Below are positions 1-10,209 of a stretch of DNA of 64,000 bases, piece after piece. The stretch is from a virus. The stretch lies in the IMG/VR virus record IMGVR_UViG_3300040815_002027; one strand, written 5' to 3'. Each line of letters begins with the position of its first letter. Position 1 is the stretch's first letter. The position numbers and the translations under genes were made by a program. The notes beneath the pieces were generated by a model. The model worked only from the letters and a program-made list of their open reading frames with translations. It did not search any database and had not been told where the DNA came from.

Positions 1-534
1 GAAATAAATAAAAAAATACAAGCTATAAGAGATACTGTAGATAACTGTCCGTCTGTGTATCTGATTCATGGACAGTTATCAGACCAACAAATGAATGGTT
101 TGTATAACCATCATAAAGTAAAAGCGATGGTTAGTTTTACTAAAGGTGAAGGATTTGGTAGACCTTTATTGGAGTTTACAGCTACTGGTAAGCCTGTTAT
201 TGCTTCTGGATGGTCAGGACAAATGGATTTCTTAGACAGTAATATGTCCTACTTACTTCCAGGAGATTTAACTCAAGTACACAAGTCTGTAGTCAATAAG
301 TGGTTTATGCAAGAGGCACGATGGTTTACTGTTAACTATGCCTATGCTATTAAAATATTACAGTCTATAGAAAAGAATTACTCTGAGGTTTTAAAGAGGT
401 CTGAAGAACAGAGAAAGCACACGCTATCTAACTTTACTTTTGATAAAATGTCAAGTAAACTGCATCATATACTTGACAGTATTCCTGTTACTAAAGAAGT
501 TCCTTTAACACTTCCTAAATTAAAAAAGATATAA
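1..534 (+). CDS. Glycosyltransferase (GT-B/GT4-like), C-terminal part; 5' truncated by window
   Basis: Frame open from base 1; TKGEGFGRPLLEF..GKPVIASGWSGQMDF is the GT4 E-x7-E region. Confidence 0.8.
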   Translation, partial: EINKKIQAIRDTVDNCPSVYLIHGQLSDQQMNGLYNHHKVKAMVSFTKGEGFGRPLLEFTATGKPVIASGWSGQMDFLDSNMSYLLPGDLTQVHKSVVNKWFMQEARWFTVNYAYAIKILQSIEKNYSEVLKRSEEQRKHTLSNFTFDKMSSKLHHILDSIPVTKEVPLTLPKLKKI

Positions 535-1011
535 ATGGAAAATAGATTTACTTTTGATGAAATATCTCCTATAACTAATAATTTATGTGTTCTAGTAGAT
601 AAGGATTCGTCTACTGGATTATGGTCAAAACTATGTACAGAGTCTGGTTATACTACTAACTCTTTTTTAGTAGAAGGCTCAAAGACTTTAGAAGAGTTAA
701 AGGAAAAGATACCTAAGTTTGTGTACGAATTAATCAAATATGATAAAGGGTATGCCTGGGTATTATCTATGAACTCTACTAGTAAGGCTAGTATGTTCCC
801 TATATTAGACACGAACACTTCAGATTATAAATGGCAAGTAGTTCCTTTTAAGATGCTTAATGAGGAGGAGTCTAAAAACTATCCTAATCCAGATAAGCCA
901 GGAGAGTTTTACAATACTGTAGTCGATTTTGAGAATGCTTCTACTTTTGATAAAGATAAGTTTCTGGAAGCTTTTGATCAGTTTATGTTAATATCTAAAG
1001 AAGATGAGTAG
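535..1011 (+). CDS. Hypothetical phage protein
   Basis: 158-aa ORF tightly coupled to both neighbours. Confidence 0.6.
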   Translation: MENRFTFDEISPITNNLCVLVDKDSSTGLWSKLCTESGYTTNSFLVEGSKTLEELKEKIPKFVYELIKYDKGYAWVLSMNSTSKASMFPILDTNTSDYKWQVVPFKMLNEEESKNYPNPDKPGEFYNTVVDFENASTFDKDKFLEAFDQFMLISKEDE

Positions 1012-1768
1012 TACTATAAGTTTCCTAGTTACAGTTTGTGACGAGTTTAGGGAGTTAGATCGACTACTAAAGCAGCTTTCTACTGGAAAAAGTGCGGGAG
1101 ATGAAATAGTAGTAGTCTACGATTCTAATAAAGTAACAGACGATGTAAAAGAAATTCTTGTTAATTTTGATAATAAGATAGATAAGTATTCCTATCTTCC
1201 TTTTGACTTTAAAGGAAACTTTTCAGATTATAAGAACTTCGGAAATAGTTTATGTAAGAATGATTGGATATTCCAAATAGATGCAGACGAGTACCTGTCC
1301 TTACACTTATATACTAATCTTCACAATATTATAAATGTAAATGAGCCTTCTAATATAGATCTTATAGCTATACCTAGAGTTAATATAGTTAAAGGTATAA
1401 CACAAAAGCATATAGACTCTTGGGGATGGTTTATAGGTAGAGACGAGAACTACGCAGACTCAGATGAGTACGATACTTCTTCAGAGTCTTATAAGTTTCT
1501 TAAGGATAACGGCTTTATAATATCTGAGCATAATCACGCTGATAATATTAATGTAGTTAGGTATTACTGTCCTATAATAAACTATCCTGACTATCAGACT
1601 AGACTTTACAAGAATAAAGAAGGGATAAAATGGGATGGCAAACTTCATGAAAGAGTTGTAGGCTCTAACAACTTTGCCAGAATACCTGTAGATAATGATT
1701 TAGATATACTTCACTTTAAAGATATAGATAGACAAGAAAGGCAGAATAATTACTATAATACATTATAA
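1004..1768 (+). CDS. Glycosyltransferase family 2
   Basis: ISFLVTVCDE N-terminus; WIFQIDADE DxD motif; YPDYQTRLYKN..W.GKLHE. Confidence 0.85.
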   Translation: MSSTISFLVTVCDEFRELDRLLKQLSTGKSAGDEIVVVYDSNKVTDDVKEILVNFDNKIDKYSYLPFDFKGNFSDYKNFGNSLCKNDWIFQIDADEYLSLHLYTNLHNIINVNEPSNIDLIAIPRVNIVKGITQKHIDSWGWFIGRDENYADSDEYDTSSESYKFLKDNGFIISEHNHADNINVVRYYCPIINYPDYQTRLYKNKEGIKWDGKLHERVVGSNNFARIPVDNDLDILHFKDIDRQERQNNYYNTL

Positions 1769-1769
1769 T

Positions 1770-2627
1770 ATGGTTTTTTGGAGAACTTTTGGTAATGCTT
1801 TACATCCTATTAAACATGTGGATAAGTTAGGATTTTCTATAAAAGATCCATTTTATATACCAAATTTTTATTTAGAAGAGCAGTATTTTATTGTATTAAG
1901 GACCTGTATGGGAGTTGGGGATTGGGGCATTATTTCTGCAATGCCTAGAAAGCTCAAAGAAAAATATCCTAATTGTAAAGTTTTTATTCCTAATAAGGAT
2001 CTTCTTTCTCATCTATTTGTACACTTAAAAGATAATTGGGATTCTTGGGATAACCCTTTTAACGTATCTGAAGTAGTCTTTAAGAATAATCCATACGTTG
2101 ACGACTTTATAGATTACTTTTCTGAAGAGGTATTTAATGACCATTATAGAATTTATACTGAAGAAGAGGAGCCTTTACTAAAGCAGATTCTTAGGTTCTG
2201 GCAGTTTCGAGAAGATGAGATGCAAGATTTAGATCCAGAGATTTACTGGACAGACGAAGAAAAAAGTTTGGGGGATGCTATAATAAACCAACACACTGGA
2301 ACTAATGACTTCTTTACAGTATTAATATCTAATAGGTATAAGGAAGAGGAGCTGCCTATAATACAAAATAAGATAAATGAGTTAAACACATTTAACTATC
2401 CTGCTTATTACTGGTTTTCTAATCCTAATATTAATTTAAACTTTAAAAAAGCTTTAGATTTAAGGCATGTGGATATAAGAGTACAGATGTATATAAAGTC
2501 TAAAGCTAAGTTTAACATAGGAAATCAAACAGGAGTACACGATACTATAGCACGTTACGCTCCTACCTATACTATTCCTAGAGGTGATCTAGGTTCCAAT
2601 ATTATAAATTCTCAAATATATTTTTAA
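1770..2627 (+). CDS. Putative glycosyltransferase (GT9-like)
   Basis: GVGDWGIISAMPRKLKEKYP, FKNNPYVD and IGNQTGVHD resemble heptosyltransferase-like motifs; cluster context. Confidence 0.5.
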   Translation: MVFWRTFGNALHPIKHVDKLGFSIKDPFYIPNFYLEEQYFIVLRTCMGVGDWGIISAMPRKLKEKYPNCKVFIPNKDLLSHLFVHLKDNWDSWDNPFNVSEVVFKNNPYVDDFIDYFSEEVFNDHYRIYTEEEEPLLKQILRFWQFREDEMQDLDPEIYWTDEEKSLGDAIINQHTGTNDFFTVLISNRYKEEELPIIQNKINELNTFNYPAYYWFSNPNINLNFKKALDLRHVDIRVQMYIKSKAKFNIGNQTGVHDTIARYAPTYTIPRGDLGSNIINSQIYF

Positions 2628-3211
2628 TGTACAATCCTAAAACTATCTTGGATACTATTCCAGATAAATTTGATTCAAAGACGACTACTTCTAAGAGATT
2701 TAAGACAGACTTGTATAACTTTATAGTGAAGAATGGTGTCAAAAGCATATTAGAGATAGGATCTTCAGTAGGGCATACAGCTTATTTTTTAGGTCACTTT
2801 GTAGATACGTTTTCTTGTGTGGAGCTTGATAGGTCTAGAGTTGATAGAATAAATAAGTTATGTGAAAACTTAGATAGTGTCGTATGTTATAGAAAAGATG
2901 TTTATAGAGATGCTTGGGGTTTTAAGTATCATGATATGATTATAATAGACTGTGTTCATTATTATAAGCATGTTAAAAGTGATATAGAGAATGCTCTTAA
3001 ACTTAAGCCTATCTACTTAGTTTTTGACGATTATGGTTTAATACCAGAAGTTAAAAGAGCAGTAGATGAGTATGTTGACAGATCTATTTTACAGGTAGAG
3101 TTAAAAGTAGGTCATCCTATGTCTACAGAGTTCTATATGTGTAAGTCAGAAAATATTACTAAAGATAAAAGGTTAGCAGACTCTGAGGGTATAATATGTA
3201 AAGTATTATGA
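2627..3211 (+). CDS. Class I SAM-dependent methyltransferase (Methyltransf_24-like)
   Basis: ILEIGSSVG motif I; IIIDCVH..DIENAL; VFDDYG. Confidence 0.8.
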   Translation: MYNPKTILDTIPDKFDSKTTTSKRFKTDLYNFIVKNGVKSILEIGSSVGHTAYFLGHFVDTFSCVELDRSRVDRINKLCENLDSVVCYRKDVYRDAWGFKYHDMIIIDCVHYYKHVKSDIENALKLKPIYLVFDDYGLIPEVKRAVDEYVDRSILQVELKVGHPMSTEFYMCKSENITKDKRLADSEGIICKVL

Positions 3212-3912
3212 AAGTAGCTATATATACGTCCATATTCGGAAATTACGACAATTTAATAGAAGATCAATTACAGTTAGATGGCGTTGATTATATTTGTTTT
3301 ACTGATGCTGATATTAAATCAAGAACTTGGAGAGTAGTCAAATCTTTGCCTATATATAATGATGCTAATAGGAATGCAAAAAAGTATAAGGTACTTCCTC
3401 ATAGGTACTTAAAAGACTATCAGTATAGTATATGGATAGACGGTAACATAAAAGTTGTCGGAGATGTAAGAGAACTGATAGATGATTCTTTACATAAAGT
3501 CTTCGATCATAATCAAACTATCCTAGATGCTAGAAACTGTTTATACGAGGAAGCTAACGCTATACTACAGAAAGGGCAAGAGAATATGAGAATAACTCCT
3601 CATAGAGGTAAGTTAAACTATAAAGATAATCCTAAATTAATAACACAACAAGTATCCAGGTACTTAAAAGAAGGGTATCCTAGCAATAACGGTCTTGCTA
3701 CTAATCCTATAATATTAAGGCGGCATAAAGAAAAGGAGGTGGTTGATGTTATGGAAAGTTGGTGGGAAGAAATAAAGTACAATTCTAAGAGAGATCAGTT
3801 AAGTTTTGATTATATATGTTGGAAGAAGAATTTTAAGTATTCTTTATTATTAGGAGATTCTAGAGATAATGAATTTTTTAAATCTATGGGTAAACATACA
3901 GGTAAAAAGTAA
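3208..3912 (+). CDS. DUF616/TOD1-MUCI70-like glycosyltransferase
   Basis: YTSIFGNYD, YICFTD, KVLPHRY..SIWIDG, RDQLSF. Confidence 0.8.
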   Translation: MKVAIYTSIFGNYDNLIEDQLQLDGVDYICFTDADIKSRTWRVVKSLPIYNDANRNAKKYKVLPHRYLKDYQYSIWIDGNIKVVGDVRELIDDSLHKVFDHNQTILDARNCLYEEANAILQKGQENMRITPHRGKLNYKDNPKLITQQVSRYLKEGYPSNNGLATNPIILRRHKEKEVVDVMESWWEEIKYNSKRDQLSFDYICWKKNFKYSLLLGDSRDNEFFKSMGKHTGKK

Positions 3913-3915
3913 ACA

Positions 3916-4521
3916 ATGAAGATATACGAATACAAAGATTACGATCACTATAGAGATTCTCAAATAGAAGCAAATAAGAAAAAGATAAAAAATTCTTATG
4001 TAGATAAGAACTCTATAAAATATTTAATAGATTATTATAGTAATAGGTTTGGTAGGAGAGCTAATAAGATTCTTTGTCATGGTACAAGGAGAGGTTTAGA
4101 GCAGGAATACTTTAAGAAGTTTTTAGGTAAAGATATAGATATACTTGGTACAGAGATAAGCGACAATGCTAAAGATTACCCCAACACTATTCAATGGGAT
4201 TTCCATAAGTCACAAGAATCTTGGCGTTCCTATTATGACATAGTATATTCTAATTCTTTTGACCATTCTTATAAACCAGCAGAATGTTTAGATGAGTGGA
4301 TGTCTTGTATCAATTCTGAAGGTATTTGTATTATAGAGTATAGTCCAATATGTGATACAATTCTCAATAAGGTAGATTGTTTTTCTGGATCTTTACAGGA
4401 TTACAAAGAACTTATAGGAACTAAATATAATTTTGACATACTTACTAATGATGGCATCAAAGATGACGGATTAACTTGGAGAGGTCTTAGGTATTTTTTT
4501 ATAATCACAAATAAGTTATGA
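3916..4521 (+). CDS. Putative SAM-dependent methyltransferase
   Basis: LCHGTRRGLE, WDFH, YDIVYSNSFDHS. Confidence 0.6.
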   Translation: MKIYEYKDYDHYRDSQIEANKKKIKNSYVDKNSIKYLIDYYSNRFGRRANKILCHGTRRGLEQEYFKKFLGKDIDILGTEISDNAKDYPNTIQWDFHKSQESWRSYYDIVYSNSFDHSYKPAECLDEWMSCINSEGICIIEYSPICDTILNKVDCFSGSLQDYKELIGTKYNFDILTNDGIKDDGLTWRGLRYFFIITNKL

Positions 4522-5282
4522 GTAAAAATATAATATTTATACCAGCTATTGATGCGGGGAGAAATAGACATAATGCTTATAAGTATAGCATACAGTCATG
4601 GAAAAATTGGGCAGATAAGAATAATTCTGAAGTTATTGTGTGGGAAAATGCTTTATATCCTTGGAGCGAAATGACTATACCTTGGCAGAGATATTATCTA
4701 TTTGATATGCTTGAGAATAATAAAATAGATTATGATCAAGTTCTGATGGTAGACTCTGATACTATAGTACACCCAGATACGCCTAACTTTTTTGAATATA
4801 CAACAGATTATAGTGCAGTTATGGATTGTGGATGTTGGGAATGGACAGGTAGAAGTATAAGGCATTATGCCAATTTATTTGATAATTTTAAGTTGGAAAG
4901 AGGTTATTATTTTAATGGAGGATTTCAAATAGTAAATGAATCTAATAAGGAGTTCTTTAAACTTGTTTTAGAATTTTATAAGACCAATAAGAGTATCTTA
5001 CTAGAAAAACAGAAAGCTGGATTGGGTACTGATCAAACTTGCGTTAACTATTTAACGCAGATGTCTGGGGTTAAAGTTGAAATTCTTCCAGCTACTTTTA
5101 ATTTGCATAGTCTATCCTTAAAGAATCTAATAAATTTAGGTCAACCCTGGCCTGCTGATAGTTTAGAGAATCTTTATGAGCAAGGATGGGTATATCACTT
5201 TAACTCTATACCTAAAAACTCTTTAAATAGGAATACTGATTATTTTTTGGAAAGAGCATATAGAGAGCTTTGGTCTAAATAA
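4518..5282 (+). CDS. GT-A glycosyltransferase (GT8/GT34-like)
   Basis: VDSD DxD; YFNGGF; DQTCVNY; VYHF. Confidence 0.75.
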   Translation: MSKNIIFIPAIDAGRNRHNAYKYSIQSWKNWADKNNSEVIVWENALYPWSEMTIPWQRYYLFDMLENNKIDYDQVLMVDSDTIVHPDTPNFFEYTTDYSAVMDCGCWEWTGRSIRHYANLFDNFKLERGYYFNGGFQIVNESNKEFFKLVLEFYKTNKSILLEKQKAGLGTDQTCVNYLTQMSGVKVEILPATFNLHSLSLKNLINLGQPWPADSLENLYEQGWVYHFNSIPKNSLNRNTDYFLERAYRELWSK

Positions 5283-5293
5283 AATTTACAAAT

Positions 5294-6271
5294 ATGAGAA
5301 TAGCATGGTTTTCTGAAGCAGGGTTTAACAGTTCTAATACACCAAGGGACTTTCCTAATATGCGTACAGAGTATGCTTGGTATGTTGCTCAAAATGCACA
5401 CCATTATAATATAGCTACTTTACCAGAACTTAAAGACAATAGTTTTGATTTAGGTATTATAATCATACCAAAAAAACTAGCTGCTTATGCTAATATTGAT
5501 ATTATCGGGAATCTAAGGAGAACTTGTAAAAAGTATGCCTTTATGCAAGAAGGTGCTTCTTGGTATTTCCAAGAATTACACATAGGAGAAACTTTTCTTT
5601 ACTATGACATTATGGTAAATGCAGATTTCTTTTTAGCACATAACATAAAAGATTTAATGTATTATCAGTCTCTCTTGGAGAAAAAAGGATACATTAACCC
5701 TACCCTAATGATAGAGGATTCTATAAAAGACATATCTAATGTAGAAAGGGAGGGGGTTATTATAGGAGGTAATATCGGACATTACTATGGAGGATTCAAT
5801 TCTTTAGTTGTAGGTTTGCATATTGCGGATAAAGTGTATGCTCCTCAAATGGGTAGGATGAAGCCTGAAGAACGTAGTATAACTCAAATAGAGCATCTTC
5901 CTTACACGGAATGGGTTGAGTGGGTACATAACCTTAATAAGTTTAAATATGCCGTTCATATGAACCCTAACACTATTGCAGGAACTTTTAATCTTAACTG
6001 TGCTTATTTAGGAATACCTTGTATTGGGAATATAGATGCTGATACTCAAAGAATGTGTTTTCCTGAACTTTCGATGGATGCAGAAGATATTATAGGTGCT
6101 AAGATGCTTTTAGAAAAGTTGCGAGATGACAAAGATTTCTATCAAGAAATATCTGAAACTGCTAAAGATAATTACAAGAGATATTTTTCGGAAGAAGCGT
6201 ACAAAGTAAATTGGAATAATATTTTAAAACAACAATTCGATTATGAAGATTTCCCTAATACAGCCAAGTAG
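5294..6271 (+). CDS. Putative GT-B glycosyltransferase
   Basis: C-terminal GTFNLNCAYLGIPCIG and ..AKDNYKRYFS pattern; cluster context. Confidence 0.6.
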   Translation: MRIAWFSEAGFNSSNTPRDFPNMRTEYAWYVAQNAHHYNIATLPELKDNSFDLGIIIIPKKLAAYANIDIIGNLRRTCKKYAFMQEGASWYFQELHIGETFLYYDIMVNADFFLAHNIKDLMYYQSLLEKKGYINPTLMIEDSIKDISNVEREGVIIGGNIGHYYGGFNSLVVGLHIADKVYAPQMGRMKPEERSITQIEHLPYTEWVEWVHNLNKFKYAVHMNPNTIAGTFNLNCAYLGIPCIGNIDADTQRMCFPELSMDAEDIIGAKMLLEKLRDDKDFYQEISETAKDNYKRYFSEEAYKVNWNNILKQQFDYEDFPNTAK

Positions 6272-7451
6272 GAATAATTTAAAATATTTAAAGTGGTCTT
6301 ATAATGCTATAAGAAAGAACCAAGGCAAACATGATGTTCAGATTTGTGTGGCAGATGATGCATCTACAGATGGAACTTGGGAGTGGTGTATGCAAATAAT
6401 GCACACAGACTCTAACTTCAATGCGATACGAAACGAAGGACCTAAGAGATTAGGACATACTATTTTGTATGATAAATTGATCAAAGAGGTAGCAATTCAC
6501 GATATTTGTATGATATATCACGCAGACATGTACCTTGCTCCAGGTGCATTAGATGCAATAGAAAGTTATATTAAAGAAAAAACTATTGTTTCCTTAACAA
6601 GAGTAGAGCCTCCTTTACACCCAGATGGGCCAGAAAAGGTTCTTGTTGATTTTGGAACAGAACCTGAAGACTTCAATGAAAATATGTTTCTAGATTGGCT
6701 GTCTAATAAGTATACTCCTAAATCTGACAAAGGTTTTACCTTTGGAGTTTTTGCTCCTTGGGCATTTTACAAGAAAGATTTTTTAGAGATTGGAGGTCAT
6801 GATCCATTATATGCTCCACAGTCCAAAGAAGATTCAGATATCTTTAATAGATTTAAACTTAATAATGTAAAATTTATACAGACTTGGAGAGGAGTCGTAT
6901 ACCACATGACTTGTAGAGGTTCTAGATTTAATCCTACTATAACACAGGTAGGTACAGCTTCTGATGAATGGATGAGGCAGAATATAAAGAGTTCAAGAAA
7001 CTTTATTAGAAAGTGGGGACATTTTGTAAAGCATGATGAATATATGATGCCTATTGTTCCTTCTAAATATATGGTAGTTATAAAACTTATTAACTGTACA
7101 AGTATAAAATTACTATCTGCTTTAGAACCTTGGTGTTCAAAAATATTTACAGATTTCTCTGACTGGGAATCTTATGTTAAATCTGAACAAATTAATACTT
7201 CTTTTGATATGTCTAAAAGAGTATATCCTATAAATAGTATGATTCCTCAATCTGTAAAAGGACTTTTTCTTACAGTAGATGCTCATAATTTTTCTGATGA
7301 AGATTTTTTAGGCATACAAGAACTTTCTATGATAATTGATAATGCTAAAAAAGATTCTAATGATTTAGAAGGACAGATTTTTTCTTTAGGTAATATTAAA
7401 GTATATGTAAATGATTTAACTACTTATGAAAATTTATTAATAAAACTATAG
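6243..7451 (+). CDS. Glycosyltransferase family 2
   Basis: ISLIQPSRN, VADDASTDGT, HADM, IGGHD..EDSD. Confidence 0.85.
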   Translation: MKISLIQPSRNNLKYLKWSYNAIRKNQGKHDVQICVADDASTDGTWEWCMQIMHTDSNFNAIRNEGPKRLGHTILYDKLIKEVAIHDICMIYHADMYLAPGALDAIESYIKEKTIVSLTRVEPPLHPDGPEKVLVDFGTEPEDFNENMFLDWLSNKYTPKSDKGFTFGVFAPWAFYKKDFLEIGGHDPLYAPQSKEDSDIFNRFKLNNVKFIQTWRGVVYHMTCRGSRFNPTITQVGTASDEWMRQNIKSSRNFIRKWGHFVKHDEYMMPIVPSKYMVVIKLINCTSIKLLSALEPWCSKIFTDFSDWESYVKSEQINTSFDMSKRVYPINSMIPQSVKGLFLTVDAHNFSDEDFLGIQELSMIIDNAKKDSNDLEGQIFSLGNIKVYVNDLTTYENLLIKL

Positions 7452-7943
7452 ATGGGCTACGTAACTAAGTATAAAAAGGTAGAAAATAGATTTAAGCAAG
7501 ATGTATTATCTTATTTTAAAGATAAATGTAACATTACAGAGGCTACTGAGTATGAAGATATATACGGCCATTGGGATTTAGAAGTGACTGATTCTGATTC
7601 TTTTATAGGTAAAGTAGATGTAAAGGCATTAAAAAAGAGGCGGAGAAGCGACCCTTCAGTAGATGATTCTATACATTGGGTAGAACTTCAAAATGTAAAT
7701 GGAGATGCTGGTTGGTTGTTTGGTCTTGCAGATAATATAGCTTTTGAAACTTTAACAGAGTGGCTTATTGTCAGCAGGACTGCTTTGATTGATTCATTAA
7801 AATCTAGTATTTTTAAGGAGTTTGTTGACACTCCAGAGATATATAGAATGTATAGAAGAAAAGGTAGAAATGATGTTATTGTTCTTGTTCCTACAAAAGA
7901 TCTAAAGATATTAAGTAACTTAGAGATTCCTAAAATTAACTAG
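7452..7943 (+). CDS. PD-(D/E)xK-fold nuclease-like phage protein
   Basis: E..HWD...VDVK catalytic-like pattern; WVELQNVNG.AGWL. Confidence 0.55.
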   Translation: MGYVTKYKKVENRFKQDVLSYFKDKCNITEATEYEDIYGHWDLEVTDSDSFIGKVDVKALKKRRRSDPSVDDSIHWVELQNVNGDAGWLFGLADNIAFETLTEWLIVSRTALIDSLKSSIFKEFVDTPEIYRMYRRKGRNDVIVLVPTKDLKILSNLEIPKIN

Positions 7944-7973
7944 TATATTCTTATATTTATATAAAACAGTCTT

Positions 7974-8351
7974 ATGTCTAAATACTTTGATATTAATATG
8001 ATTGATGATTATCTTGACTTAGGTCTTAAGTTTAAGGTCTATGTTGATGGTGACTATCTAGTAGTGAATGATCCTTGGGATTTAATAAACGATAAGGTAG
8101 GGATAGGTTATGATTCTAAGGGAGATTCTGTAAAGTTTGAGTATATGGACATAGACCACGTTATGATAGGAAGTATTATAATGTCTAAAGAAGACTTAAT
8201 AAAATTAGAAAAACCCGATAATGAGTCAGATGATACCGAGCAACAGGGAGGAGAAGAAGCTCCTGCTGAAGAGCCTGCTGGAGATGAAACAGAACAACCA
8301 GCTGAAGAGCCTACTGGAGCAGAAGAGGAGCAGCCAGAACAGCCTGCTTAA
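7974..8351 (+). CDS. Hypothetical protein with acidic Glu/Pro tail
   Basis: Follows TATTTATA motif at 7954; tail overlaps next ORF. Confidence 0.65.
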   Translation: MSKYFDINMIDDYLDLGLKFKVYVDGDYLVVNDPWDLINDKVGIGYDSKGDSVKFEYMDIDHVMIGSIIMSKEDLIKLEKPDNESDDTEQQGGEEAPAEEPAGDETEQPAEEPTGAEEEQPEQPA

Positions 8352-10200
8352 TGAGGCTGAGCTAAATGAAATATCTAGAAAAGATATAGTAACAGGAGTA
8401 ACTGTTGCAGCATTATCTATTATGCCTTACATATCTAAGGCACAGGCTCAAACCCCAGTAAAAGATCCTGATAAGACTGAAGTAGTACAGCCTCCTACTC
8501 GAACAGATAAGTTGAGAAACTTTATTATGAGAGCCTATTCCTATTATAAGGACAATCAAAATGTAGACATCACAGACTGGATTAAGGAGAAGTACCCAGC
8601 AAAGTATGAAAAGTGGTTTAAAAATACAGGTCAAGAGCGATATGTAGTAGATGATTCTCATTTTTTAGATCCTAAAAAGTGGATGACTTTAAGTGATGAG
8701 CTTAAGAACGCCCTTTCTATGACATTATATAATAAGGGAGTGGCTGATAAGTTTATACGAACGGAGGCTCCTGGAGAAGTGGTGGCGATTATTAAGTATG
8801 ATGATAAAGGTTATAAAATAACACCTGTGACTTCTGGCGATCCTTTTAAGATGCCTAAAAATACTATAGGGTTTATAGAAGAAAAGACTCCCTTTCAAAA
8901 AGCATTTGCAGCTGCTATGAAAAAGTATAAGGAAGCTGTGAAAAGAGGGGATAAGGATGCAGATCCTTATTTTGAGTTTAATGGCAAGCTTTATAAGTTA
9001 GAGTATGGCGGGGTAGATAAACCAGGCTATTACAGGAGTGTGGATATACCTGCTACTAAAGATAGTATGCCTTCAGGGCATTTGAATGAAAAAAAAAGAA
9101 AAAAATATAGCAAGAGTAGCACAAGTCTTCACAATTGGTTTAAAAAAGAAGATTGGGTAAGGATAAATACTTCTGGAGAAATAACTGGTCCTTGTGGTAC
9201 TATGAAGGATAAGAGTAAACCTAGTAGATGTCTTCCTAGAGCTAAGGCAAATAGCCTATCAAAAAGTGAGCGAGCTGCGACAGCAAAGAAGAAAAAAGAG
9301 GGCGGGAAGAAAGGAAAGCAGTTTGTTTCTAATACTAAAAAAGCTAAAGTAAGAAAGGAAGTAGTATCTCCTAACGATCCTGTATTTAATTCTTTTAACC
9401 AGAATGATACTTTATCTAAAGATATATTTGATAATAGTAAGGTAATGCATGAGTCTATAAGAACTAGACTTATTGAGATTGCTAATATGTTTGTAAAATA
9501 TTTAGAGATACCTTTAGAGATTAAAGATATAAGACTTACAGGATCTTTAGCTAACTTTAACTGGTCTACTTACTCAGATGTAGATTTACACATAATAGTA
9601 GACTTTGATGAACTTTCAGATAAAGCAGATTTATTAAAAAAGTTCTTTGATTCTAAAAAGTCTATATGGAATGATACTTATGATATTAAAATAAAAGGAT
9701 ATGATGTAGAACTTTATGTTCAAGATATAGATGAAGTACATACAGCTTCTGGCGTATATTCTGTAACTGATAATAAATGGATAGCAGAACCTTCCGCAGA
9801 AGAAATATCAATAGATTCTAAAAAAGTTTACGATAAGACTAATGAGTACTCTAAAAGAATAGATGCTTTAGAAAAATCTAAAGATGATCCTGAAGTTATT
9901 ATAAGTTTAATAGACTCGCTTAAAGATAAAATAAAGAAGTTTAGAAAATCTGGTTTAGAGAAAGGGGGAGAGTACTCCTATGAGAATTTAGTCTTTAAGT
10001 CTTTAAGAAGATTAGGAGAGATAGAACGTCTTGTTAAGTTGAAAGTAGACTTAACAAATAAAGAGTATTCTATAAACGAGAAGAAGGATGATAGATGCAC
10101 TAGAATAGCAAAGAGAAAGTATGAAGAGTGGCCTTCTGCTTATGCTTCTGGAGCTGTTGTTAGGTGCAGACAAGGGAAAATTTGGAAAGGAGAAAAATAA
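8221..10200 (+). CDS. Multi-module (polyprotein-like) protein with a Pol-beta-type nucleotidyltransferase domain; start may be 8284
   Basis: LTGSLANFNWSTYSDVDLH (GS..DxD) plus VELYVQD; Cys/Lys-rich modules; modules separated by LNE/INE/RKE. Confidence 0.7.
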   Translation: MSQMIPSNREEKKLLLKSLLEMKQNNQLKSLLEQKRSSQNSLLNEAELNEISRKDIVTGVTVAALSIMPYISKAQAQTPVKDPDKTEVVQPPTRTDKLRNFIMRAYSYYKDNQNVDITDWIKEKYPAKYEKWFKNTGQERYVVDDSHFLDPKKWMTLSDELKNALSMTLYNKGVADKFIRTEAPGEVVAIIKYDDKGYKITPVTSGDPFKMPKNTIGFIEEKTPFQKAFAAAMKKYKEAVKRGDKDADPYFEFNGKLYKLEYGGVDKPGYYRSVDIPATKDSMPSGHLNEKKRKKYSKSSTSLHNWFKKEDWVRINTSGEITGPCGTMKDKSKPSRCLPRAKANSLSKSERAATAKKKKEGGKKGKQFVSNTKKAKVRKEVVSPNDPVFNSFNQNDTLSKDIFDNSKVMHESIRTRLIEIANMFVKYLEIPLEIKDIRLTGSLANFNWSTYSDVDLHIIVDFDELSDKADLLKKFFDSKKSIWNDTYDIKIKGYDVELYVQDIDEVHTASGVYSVTDNKWIAEPSAEEISIDSKKVYDKTNEYSKRIDALEKSKDDPEVIISLIDSLKDKIKKFRKSGLEKGGEYSYENLVFKSLRRLGEIERLVKLKVDLTNKEYSINEKKDDRCTRIAKRKYEEWPSAYASGAVVRCRQGKIWKGEK

Positions 10201-10209
10201 TACTATTAG

